64,000 nt of DNA from a virus (lineage: Duplodnaviria > Caudoviricetes): the IMG/VR virus record IMGVR_UViG_3300029928_000001, positions 114,420-178,419 of that record; one strand, given 5' to 3'. The translations under genes were made by a program, and so were the position numbers. Shown here in pieces: positions 13,727-24,600 of the stretch; positions within the stretch are counted from its first letter, which is position 1, and each line of letters opens with the position of its first letter. The notes beneath the pieces are model-generated. The model saw nothing but the letters and a program-made list of their open reading frames with translations. It made no database searches and was not told where the DNA came from.

Positions 13727-15569
13727 TACTGAACCAATTCCAAGTTGATTTATAAATACCATTTTCATCTTTTTCTCTACGCTTATATAATCTCTACATA
13801 TGAAGAGATTGTCTATTGCATTCTCCAAGCAATGACTAAAGTTTTGCAAGATGATTAGCTTGACTCGTAAATTTAAAATCCGCAATTTTGTTATCCCATA
13901 GGCTTTTTATCCTATGGTTCTTATACTTGTTATTCGTATAAGTTCGGCATATCTTTTCATCCTTAAGGGATGTTTTAGGCTCGTGGAAAGTATTATCTTA
14001 AATATTATATTTTTCTTTTATTTGTAGAAAATGATTCTTTTTGCGGGCTAAAGCTAAGTAATCATTATCATAAAATAAATTACCAAGAACAATGCTATCT
14101 CTTACATAATATCTAATATCATAAATAGTATGAATACGTGTCTAAGAATGAATTGTTGGCATACTTAATTGATATTTATCATGTAAAAATTTAGCTATTT
14201 CTTTTAAATAGTTAAAACTGGCACAAACAAGATTCATATTTATTTTTTTACCTTGAGGTTCAAAAATTGAACCATCGCCGTCAAAAAAACCTCTAATAAA
14301 ATCAATCATATATTTTTCTGGGAGATTAGGCAATTTATCTAATCTAAATGTTTTATTATTACCTATTCCATATTTTTCAATTTTCTGCCTTAAGGATTTT
14401 GATGTAAAAGATAAAGAAGAACTAGGGAAACCATTATTATCAAATTGTATAATGTTTCCTGTATACTCTATTTCTTGAGCAATTCGTTCAAGAATCTCTT
14501 CATCTTTACGAGCTAAAGTAATAACTACTTTATTTTTTGCTCCACGCGTAATCGGTAAATATCCATCTGCCGCGATAAAACCAAGAATCCAAGCACCATT
14601 ATGACTTTCAAAATTATAATCATCATTTACTTTATATTTTCGCAAATCGGACATCTCTTTTACTTGCGCTGATTCTTTTACATTACGTATATGAATATTA
14701 TTATCTTGTAAAATTGTACGAACTTTATCAAAGCTAAAAGGTAAATTTAACTCTTGTACAATTTTTGATAATCCATAACCTTTATTATATAGACCAATAA
14801 TTTGTTTTTGAGTTTCAATATCAACTTCTTGTTTTTTACGGCCACCTTTTTGTGCTCCGGGATTAGTGCGAATCGGCACATTATTTTCTTTTAAAATTCT
14901 TTTTATTACCGAATCACCAAAAGGTAAATTTAATTCTGTTTTAATCTATTTTCGAGTATATGTTTTGTGAACATATAAATTAATAATTTGTTCTTCCAAT
15001 TCTTTTGGAACTGTTATTTTTGACATTTAAGTTTTCCTTTCTATGCTCTGCGCGTGTCAATAGCTTTTAAACTAAGACTTCCGCTCTGATTCCCATTTCA
15101 GGGTTCCAGTTTTTCCTAAAATTTATTACTTTATTATTACTAACAAAGAGGGCAGGATTATCTACCCCGAGAATTTCATTCGAGTGTTTTCAATAGAAGT
15201 AATCTATCTCTATAACCAACCAGTCATCATTAAAATGGCAAGTATATTTATTTCTTCTGAAGTCAGTTCTACTCCAAAAGTTGATCGTTCCACAAGCACT
15301 TTCGGCGGTAAATTAGGATCAAATTCATCTAATTCATTCCAGATTGTACCAATTACAAAATCATTTTCTTCAACATCATCCTAGTCTATAATATCATATT
15401 TTGTTTCGTAATTATATAAATCTATTTTAGGAAACTCAAAACCAGGAATAGCATCAATCAATAATCTTTGTAAATCTTTCAAAGTATCTTGTGGCGTTAA
15501 TTCCAAATACATATCATCTGTAATTTTTCCGAGAAAGCGATCATATACAGTAGTAAATTTAGTTCCCAC
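13704..15569 (-). CDS. Putative head-tail adaptor, spliced (exons 15164-15569 and 13704-13882), 194 aa
   Basis: Joining GGG T|CG GAT restores MKFSGSDFKFTSQANHLAKL; exon lengths sum to whole codons; position after the capsid genes. Confidence 0.75.
13883..15163 (-). ncRNA. Group I intron in head-tail adaptor gene
   Basis: 5' exon ends in U and intron ends in G; P1 GGGGU/GCCCU; P10 GGAUU/AAUCC; P3 UUUUAGG/CCUAAAA; P7 GAGCAUA/UAUGCC; P8 CAUCC/GGAUG. Confidence 0.85.
13998..15026 (-). CDS. Intron-encoded LAGLIDADG homing endonuclease, 342 aa, 2 in-frame TAG
   Basis: WILGFIAADG and FIRGFFDGDG motifs; duplicated N-terminal HTH-like segments; lies between the P7 5' strand and the P3 3' strand. Confidence 0.85.
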
Positions 15570-15595
15570 CTATTTTCGCCCTCCTATTTTACATA

Positions 15596-16174
15596 TTATT
15601 TTTCAGTATTAACTACTTTATACTTAGGTTTTTCTTCTGTAGTTAATGGCTCAGTTCTGCGACTTGGAGCCGTAGTTGTCTGTACTCTTCTTACAGGAGC
15701 ACTTTCAGGTTCTTTTCCTTCTTTATCTTCAGCTTCTTCCGCTTCTTTATTTCTTAAAGCTACAGCCAAATCAAATCCTGTCTTTTCTTTTAATGCTTCC
15801 GCCTTGCGCATATCTGTCATTGGCAATAATACTGCCATTTCTTTAATCAAATCAATGATACCAATTGGCGCAAAGTCTAAACAATCTAAGAAGGCATCTA
15901 AGCTACCTTTAAGAATTAAATCAACAATCTGTTCTTCACTATAGTCATATTCTGGCTCAGTATGAATCCCCAATTCTTCTCTCAATTCAGCATTTTGAAT
16001 TTGTAAAAAATTAGCCATTAATTCTCTGCCACCAGCTTGATATGTTAATTTATCTAATTCTTCTTTACTAATAATTTTCGTTTCACTTGGCGCAAATTCT
16101 CTTCTAATACCATCTTCTGGAATAGAATAAATAACCATACTTGCACTTCTATTTTTTACACTAAATTTTTCCAA
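15596..16174 (-). CDS. Hypothetical protein downstream of capsid gene
   Basis: 192-aa ORF, TTG start with AAGGAG RBS, no TAG. Confidence 0.7.
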   Translation of the reverse strand: MEKFSVKNRSASMVIYSIPEDGIRREFAPSETKIISKEELDKLTYQAGGRELMANFLQIQNAELREELGIHTEPEYDYSEEQIVDLILKGSLDAFLDCLDFAPIGIIDLIKEMAVLLPMTDMRKAEALKEKTGFDLAVALRNKEAEEAEDKEGKEPESAPVRRVQTTTAPSRRTEPLTTEEKPKYKVVNTEK

Positions 16175-16199
16175 CGTTTATTCTCCTTTATCTCTTAAC

Positions 16200-16236
16200 T
16201 AAAAATAGGGGAGAGGGAAAATTCCCATCTCCCCTC
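16200..16236 (-). terminator. Terminator after major capsid gene
   Basis: AGGGGAGA.GGGAA/TTCCC.TCTCCCCT stem plus T-run. Confidence 0.75.
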
Positions 16237-16265
16237 AGTTATTTATATTAATTTTTCTGAGTGAA

Positions 16266-17366
16266 TTAAACAGACATCTGTCCTGCGTAATTCTTTACCT
16301 TACCCTTGACACCATCAAGGTTCCAAGTATTCATCTTACCTACAAGAGCAGTATCTACATAAGCGCAGATATTATTGGCAAGCATGCAAGTAACTCCAAC
16401 TTTCTTATAAACCATAATGTCTTTAGACCAATCATCATTATCATGATCTTTTACAAGAGTATCACCCTCAAAAGCAATTTTAACTGGTTTATTATCAGCA
16501 CCTTGCGGGATAATCCAAGCATAACCAGGATCAATTACTTTAGTAGTATTAGTTTCATCTTCAAAACCTTGTTCAAGAATAATAACAGTCTTACCCTTGT
16601 AGTTAGCAAGTCTACCAGTTCTCCATAATTCATCCTTCATTGCTTCAGTGTATCTCCATGCTTCCTTCGGAATCATGTTTACAGCAAATTCATAAGTACA
16701 ATAAATAGTAGGAGTGCCATAAGCAGATGCGATTGTGATTAATCTATCAAATGCCTGTTCATCAAAACCATTAGCAGCAACTCTATTTGCTGGCGGCAAT
16801 TGATTTACAGAAGCTTTTAAAGCAGCACCAACTTCTTTAAAGATAAGTTCATCCATACCTTCGAGTAAAATCTGATAAAGTTCAGCCATGTCGATACGAC
16901 TGTCCATGAATTCTTCAAGACCGATCTGAACTCCGCCTCCAATAGCACTCGTACGTACTTCAAAGCTTTCTTCGTTAGCTCCAAGTTTAAATACTTCATA
17001 TCTGCCAGCTAAACCAACTCTAGTAATAAACTGTTTAGCTCTCTTATTAGAAGTAAGTTTTCTTCTAAAAATTGGTTTGTCACCTTGCGCAAATGTTTTT
17101 ACTTCAGCAAACTGTTCATACTACTCTACGACCTTTTTAGGAAGTACTTCAGTAATAGATTGTTCTATTAAAGAGAAAAATTCATTCTTATTTTCTCTAT
17201 ATAATTGCGGAGTACCAACTAACTCCTTAAATTCATTTCTTACTGTGTCATTTAAATCTTCATAACTAAGATTTTTACCACCAAAGCTGTATGCAACAGG
17301 AGAAGCAGGATCAGCTTTCGCAGTTTGATTCATCAAAGCAAGTAAATTAGCTCTATCTAATGCCAT
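16266..17366 (-). CDS. Major capsid protein, 366 aa, single in-frame TAG at codon 82
   Basis: Fragments 17121-17366 and 16266-16907 joined by one TAG with no other stop; size, position after protease/scaffold and own terminator. Confidence 0.85.
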
Positions 17367-17383
17367 TGTCCTATCTCCTTTCC

Positions 17384-18163
17384 TTATGCAATTCTCATAA
17401 TCTTAACGCCTTTTTGATGATCTGGCATAGTATAAACTTTAACTACTTGCCAAGTCATTTTTTCATCTTCGCCTGGCTCTAAAATACCAGTAGCACCAAC
17501 TTTTAATGTATCACCAACGTTAAGTTCAGTAGCAGCAACTGTATTAGTTGTAAAAATGTCGCCAATGTTCGTCTTGAAGACTCTCGGAACCATAGTAGTA
17601 CCTTCTGGCATTTTCTGCGTCTTATATGGTCCTTCAATATGGAACGGATCTTCATTATAATAAATTTCATACATATCAGGAGCGGCAGTTACATCATCAA
17701 ATGGATATTTCTTGCCATTAAGTTCAATTTCAGATTTACCTTCTGCATCTACTCCATTATAATATCTGGACTGTCTATCCCAAACTGTATCGGCAGTATG
17801 AGTAGTACCATCAGCAGCTAAACCATATCCAAATGGACTATAAATTCTAGCCTGATAATTATCTTTTAACATAGCAAATTCACAATCATGTTGCTGAATG
17901 CCATTAATATCTCTATATAATTTAATTTCATTGTAAACAAGCATCCATTCGCCAGCTCCAGTAAAATTAACTACACCAGAAGCATAATCATATTTTACAA
18001 ACTGACCTTGCTCTAATACCTCGATGTCCTTATCAGCAGGTAATTGCGCATAAATTTGGCCAGTTCTTTGAGCGGAAAGATGATTCGGTTCTACTTGACC
18101 ATAACCATATTCTACATAAGATGCTTGGCTTGTAATATTTTTCTTTAAGAAATCACTAAGCAT
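17384..18163 (-). CDS. Virion structural protein (possible head decoration)
   Basis: 259 aa between scaffold and capsid genes; GAGGAGG RBS. Confidence 0.65.
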   Translation of the reverse strand: MLSDFLKKNITSQASYVEYGYGQVEPNHLSAQRTGQIYAQLPADKDIEVLEQGQFVKYDYASGVVNFTGAGEWMLVYNEIKLYRDINGIQQHDCEFAMLKDNYQARIYSPFGYGLAADGTTHTADTVWDRQSRYYNGVDAEGKSEIELNGKKYPFDDVTAAPDMYEIYYNEDPFHIEGPYKTQKMPEGTTMVPRVFKTNIGDIFTTNTVAATELNVGDTLKVGATGILEPGEDEKMTWQVVKVYTMPDHQKGVKIMRIA

Positions 18164-18184
18164 TTTGTATATATCCTCCTCAAA

Positions 18185-19702
18185 TTAATGTCTATTTTTT
18201 GCAGTCTCAAGAACAGCTTGAACCCAAGCTGGAGTAGCTGCATCTGCACCTGTATCTTCAAGATTATAAATTGTAGGTCCTGGAGCAGGTTCTTCTTTGT
18301 GTTCTTCATTATCTAAATTAAAATTAACCTTATTTCGCACACAAATAACAGAAAGCTTTGCTTCAATCTCATCTAATGAATAAGTATTAATATTTTCGAT
18401 AACATCTTTTTTGTCTTCTTCAGAAAGCATAAAGAAAGTATTGTTAATCATATCTTCTTTAGCTTCTTTTTCAACACCTAACTTAAATTCTTTTAAATTG
18501 GTATTTTCAGTGGTTAATGTTTCATTACTTTCTTTTAAACTATTCAAAGTACTTTTTAATTCATTAACCTTACTTTCTAATTCAGAATATTTAGTTTGTA
18601 ATTCAACATATTCTGGAATTTCATCTAAATTATATTGTGCCGGAGTTGGTTCAGGATCGGCAGGAGCCGGTTCACTCTGTTCTGCAATCTTAGCTGCTTT
18701 AAACTCAGACTCAAATTTTTCAACATCTTCAAGCGCAAATTGCGGAGTTGCAGATGGAGTAAAAGTTTTATCTACAGCAACTAATTCTTCTTGTGGTTCA
18801 AAACCAGAAGCTTCAGTTAAACCAAAATTCATTCTTACAAATTTAGAAGTCTTTCTATCTTGAAGAATAGTAAACTTCTGTCCACCTTCTTCATAAATGC
18901 CTTCTACTCTATACTGGGAACACCATTCATCTTCACCAGGATAGTTTGTAATTAAATAACTATGAATTGCAGACCAAAGAGCATCACCAATTTCTACAGC
19001 ATATCTTGTAAACATCTAGTGTGTTCCTCCTTCGTCTTCTAATAAATCCGTTAACTGTTTCATCATTGAGAACAACTGTTCCTTAAAATTGTCATCTAAT
19101 GAAAACTTAACGTCAGTAATTGTAGCACCTTCAAAGCAAGGTTCTACATCTTCTCCTAAAATACAAAGTTTGGAAATAATAGCCTCATTTATAATAAAAA
19201 ACTAAGCACCATCTTTAGCATTTTTTGTCCAAGTGGCATCTAAAGTTTTTTGGTCTAATTCCATAGATTGGTTATTACCTTTATCAATGATACGTTGAGC
19301 TTCTTCATACTGTCCAGTCCATAAATAACCTTCAGTCATAAGATACTCACGTTCATCTTGACCATCATCTAAAAATTTCTAGAACCAAACTTTTGCGTTT
19401 AAATCTACAAAACCATAAGGCTTTGTAGTATCTTTAATTTCAAATTTTCCATTAGAAATATCAATAATGCGGTTATGCTCTTCAAAATCGCCTTCAGCCT
19501 CGTTGTAATATCCTACAATTGGCGACCCCGGTAAGCTATTAGCCATCCCTCGCGCAACATCTTTAGTAATAATACTACCATTGCGATTTGGATCTTCTCC
19601 TACATAACACACTTTAATTTGACACTTTGAAATCAAAGGATTAAGAGGAGTAATATTAATAAATTCAATAGGAGTTTCAAGCTTTACACTCGTATGTTTC
19701 AT
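18185..19702 (-). CDS. Prohead protease-scaffold fusion, 505 aa (3 TAG); nested scaffold starts at 19015
   Basis: 19379-19702 reads through TAGs into 18185-19015 in frame; protease-like NRNGS and QSMEL...LCILGEDVEPCFEGA motifs; coiled-coil acidic C-half with internal GAAGGAGG RBS. Confidence 0.8.
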
Positions 19703-19712
19703 AGTATCCTCC

Positions 19713-21287
19713 TCAACTCATTGATTCTTTATTTTGAATTGTTTTTTCTGACTTTTGGTCATCGGCCTTTTCAGGTCGTCCCGCAGTCTTTTCCTCTGTT
19801 TTATTCTAAGTTTTTGAGGTACTTGATTTTTCATTTTTACCCAAAATATCTGAACTGCTCATTGTATTTGATGACATAGGCGGTATCATAATTTCAGATA
19901 AATTCAAATAATCATTTTCAAAAATAATTGAATTAAGAATAAAACTTTGAGAATGTCCAAGCGCAATTTGAGGTAACATTTTAGAATATCCAATTTGCGT
20001 TTGTTCTTTATATAACTTCGCAATTTCTTTATAATTAAATTGCGTTGTTTCTAACATATTAAATTTAAATGAATATTTTTTATTTCCAGTTAATTGACGA
20101 CTAATTCTATCAAAAAACATTTCAAACTGTTGAAGTAAATTTCTAACAGTTGCTTCATCTGTTAAAATAGATTTTTCCAATGATAAATTACCATCAGTAT
20201 TAAATAAGTTTCTTGAAATACCAAGAGCATTATATACTGTACGTTCAACTTTAGATAAATCATCTTTTGTAGTAGTAGTCGTACTATCTGACATATCAAT
20301 TGATTCAATATCCGCAAATGTAGTTAATACATCAACACCAATAGCACGTTTTAACATTGCCACAGCATTATTGTGTATATCTTTAGCTTCATCCATATCA
20401 AAGATTAAGTCACCATTTTTATCCATTGGTAATTTTTGAACAATAATCTTTAATAATTTCTACATTTGTTTGCGCCGATCGAGATCTTGCGCAGCATCAA
20501 GGTCAATCAACGTAGGCACTGAATTAATAAACGTTGGAATATCACTTCCATTAAAGTTAAATTTAATACAATTGCCCAAAGTTAACATATACCACCCGCC
20601 AATTTCACCTTGAATGTCAGGCGGCAATTTTCCTTTTTTATAAAGGATATAACCTTTTTTAAATTCATCTGGAAATAAATCTAATACTTTTAAACGATAA
20701 TTAACATCTGAAAAAGTATCGAAATATCTCATATTAAATTCTACAGCAGGAACTGTCCCTACGCTGTAGCGCACACGGCAGTATTGAGGCGGCAATTCTT
20801 GTAAACATATACCTGTCTTGGACGGCACTAAATAGCCATAATAACAGCCTTCTACAAGCACCTTCAGGGCAATCTCGCCGCACACTTTTTTAATATAAGA
20901 CGCATCTAAAAATGATAAAGCTTTTGCAAAATCTTTCAAAACTTTTTCTTGTCTTATATCTTGATCAAAAATTTCTGGAACAAGATACCAATCATATCTA
21001 TAAAGAAAAGCAAAGTAATCGCAAACTCTTTGATAAATACCATTAGTTTCATAAAAGAATTTTGAAATAGCTCTTAACTAATCATAATTTCTATTGATTA
21101 AGGCTCTGTATACTGTAGGCTTGTCGACATACCGAACTTTTAAATCACCATAGGTTTTAAATGACCCAAGATTTAAAGTAGCATCTTCTAAAGTTTTTAA
21201 TCCTACTTTAACTTTTTTAAATTCGGCATTATTATTTACCATATCAAAGCCTTTTTCATGAATAAATTCAGTCCTTGACTTTTCCAA
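19713..21287 (-). CDS. Portal protein, 524 aa, TAG-recoded
   Basis: Fragments 21078-21287, 20460-20939 and 19806-20426 in one frame joined by TAG; C-terminal GRPEK tail; between terminase and protease. Confidence 0.8.
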
Positions 21288-21304
21288 ATCATAACCTCCT
21301 TTCT

Positions 21305-21661
21305 TTAGTATCCAGCTTTTTCTAATATATAATCTAAAGAAAGAAGATTTTCATCAGTATAAGGAATTTCAATTAATTTTATATCATGTAAAGCGCAGAA
21401 CCTACGTTTTTTATTATCATTATGCTGCTATTGGTAAAGCGCACGTTTACCACCAAATTTACTACTTGGTTCATAATGTTGTTTACCTTGATATTCAATT
21501 AAAAAATCAAGATTGTCATCATCATCAAAAACAGCAAAATCAAAACGTAACGGTCTACCATTTTCACTATTTAAGCCAGGAAAGATATATTCTTCCTGGA
21601 ACACTAAATCAGCTTCTTCTAAAATCATATGTATCTTCATTTCTCCTCTGGAAGACAGCAT
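21305..21661 (-). CDS. PD-(D/E)XK / DUF559-like endonuclease domain protein, 118 aa
   Basis: SRGE...LRFDFAV...LIEYQGKQHY; reads through one TAG to TAA at 21305. Confidence 0.75.
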
Positions 21662-21680
21662 AATATCTCTCCTTTCTTAA

Positions 21681-24600
21681 TTAGTTCATAAAGCTCCAAT
21701 CAGATGCTTTAAAACGTTTTCTTTTCTTTTTATTGTCTTCTTCTTCTTTAATATAATATAAAGCATATTCTACATAATAAATATATATTATAGACTATAT
21801 CTTAATTAAACTGTAATCAGTTTAACCACCACCGCTTCGCATTAAGGAATTTCACCTTAAAGCTACTCCCTTTCGGGATAGTCGTTGGACTTTCCTTATA
21901 ATAAAACTATAAGGCTTAGCACAGGATTCTTTATAAGGTTTGCTTTAATTCCCCTATAACATTCCCCGTTAGCAAATAAGTAAAAACTTATTCACACCCT
22001 GCTTTTACAGGTTCAATGGTGAAGCGCCTAAAGAACTTAAACATGAATTTACAATAATCAACTTACGCTCAAGAACAGTATCAATCGTAGCATTTTTATA
22101 CATATTCGTAAGTATTCTTAAAACATCTTGTTGTCCACTTAATCTAAATTGATAAGTAATTTTACTTTTTACATTTTGTTCTATACTTACTTTGTCTTTT
22201 TGACATAATTTACGAATATCTTGTAGAAAATATTTATTACCAGTCCAAGAAATAGTATATCTATTATTATTTTTTGACCAAGTGATACAACCATCTCCAT
22301 CAAAAAATCCTCTTAAAAAATCCCAAATATATTCTGAATTAATATTAGGCATACGCAATTCTTCAACATAATTTTTGTTAGAAACGCATCCCCAAGCAAT
22401 TAAATCATCATGTAACTAAGAATCTCTAATCGAAAAATCATACATTATACAAGGTTGACTGAAACGATTATCTGTTACTACTGAAATTTTATTATTATAA
22501 GCTCCTATCGCTTGTTTGAATTTTTCTACATGCTCCTAGTCTTTTAATCCTAAAGCTATGGTATTAGTTTTACTACTAACAGTTCCATCAGCATACATAA
22601 AACCTAACCAATAAGCTTTTTCCGAGCTATCTATATTTGTAAAATAATTAGAGTTTCTTGGATAATTACGGATCTTTTTATTAATTATTTCTACATTCAT
22701 TTTTCGCAATAAGTTTCTAATTGCCTATGGCTAAACATTAAATTCACTAGCTAAACTTTTTAATGTTCGATCTTTATCTACATATTCTTGCTTAATATAC
22801 TGCTTTTGGTCCTCTGACCAAATGATTGCTCCAGTGCCTTGTTTACGAGCAATAGTGTATAAATCCATATTAAATTCTCCTTTTCTTTCTTTGACGCAGA
22901 AAATTTATCTTTTTTTATTCCTTTGTTTGCTTGTTTAAGAATAATATTTAAACCTTCATTTTCTTCCTTTAGATTTAACATTTCTTCTTCTAAGATAGAG
23001 GTTAATGTGAATGGACGCAAATATTCAACTCTTTTTTCAGGAGTCATATTTTGTCCAACCTTAGTTCCTAATAATTTAGCTTTCGCAGTTCGTTCATCTA
23101 TTAAGAACTTTATTTTTCCAGAAGATAATTGTGTTTGACAGTTAGCATGAGCTTCAGTATTGATTGGCGCAGTTGCTTTAATAATATACATTACGTCTTC
23201 TTCACATACTTTGCTCTTATACTTCTTATACTCGCCGTCCTTGTCATTCATAACGCCAAAGTCCGGGTATGTTTCATTTGTATCTGGATTAATTTGCGGT
23301 TTTACCATATAATCAATTAAACCGATGCCTACATTTTTTTATTCCATTTAATTCGCTACATTAAACGCGTTCTCTAATGAACTGCTATATATTACTATAT
23401 AGATTAGACTATATCTTCATTAAAAATGCTTTCCGCTTCCAACTATCAATCGCTTATAGTTGTACTCCCTTTCGGGATAGTCGTTGAACCTTTTAATTAA
23501 AATTTATGTCTTTTGTTAAATATACCCAATTATGTTTATTTTTAATGGCGCCTATAGCGTCTGCGCAAACCCCATATTTTTCTCCAATTTCTTTTTGAGT
23601 ATATTTTTTACTTAATAATAATTCAATAATTTCTTTAACATCTTGTTCGGTAAGCTTACTAGCATTATTCTTTTCGCCTTTTTGATTTTTTAATCCAATT
23701 TTATGAGCATGTATAGTATTTTCTTTGCTAGTTACCCACTCTAAATTTGATAAATTATTATTTTGTTTATTACCATCAATATGATTTACTTGTAAATTTT
23801 CCATATTATCTATTGGATAAAAATTTTCTAAAATTAATCTATGAACAGAATATGTATGTCGTCCGTCTTCAGAAATAAGACGCACTTTTTCATACCCATC
23901 TTTATCTAAATGCTTTGACAAAATTTTATTAGTTTTTTCACTATATATATTTCCATTTTCTAAAGCATAATAATCATATTTTAATTTATATTTAGAATTT
24001 ACAATTAATCTTTTTTCCATAAATTTTTAAACCTCCAAAAAAAGTTTTAATTAACTTGGCTGCTGATTACCCTCAACTTTACTTGGTCGGGCTTCCCAGC
24101 AATTCAAAAAGTTTTAAATGGGCTAGACATATTAACCCATTACCGTCAATTACAATTCTCTTCGCTTTATATTTATAATACAATTTTTTTAACCCTATCG
24201 CCTAATCTTCAAAATGCGTGTCTGTCAATGAATAAATATTGACCAAACTTTTTATTGAAGCACCTTGCGGCTGTGGAGTTACTTTAAATACTTCTACAAC
24301 AGTATTGTCTCCCTTACGGCCTACGTCCACCGAAAGAATGTAATAACTACCCTTACCTGAGCGCCCAGAAGCTTCATACTCAGGTTGTTTTAATATTCTA
24401 TGCTTATCAAATGTTTCAGCACTAAAGAAAGCATTTTCCGCAGACCCAGCCCATTTCGATTCATATTCACGAGCAAATGATGTTTCATTAAATGTACCGT
24501 CCATGCGCAAATCATTAACAAAGTTCTTATCAAGCAAATGAACTAAAACAGGTATTTTATAAGTACCACCTAATACCATTGCTTTTTGCGGTTTAACAAT

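Noticed and set aside
13883-15163. Group II intron or intein in the adaptor gene
   Set aside because: No GUGYG start, domain V or RT; group I P1, P3, P7, P8 and P10 are present and the HEG has its own start and stop
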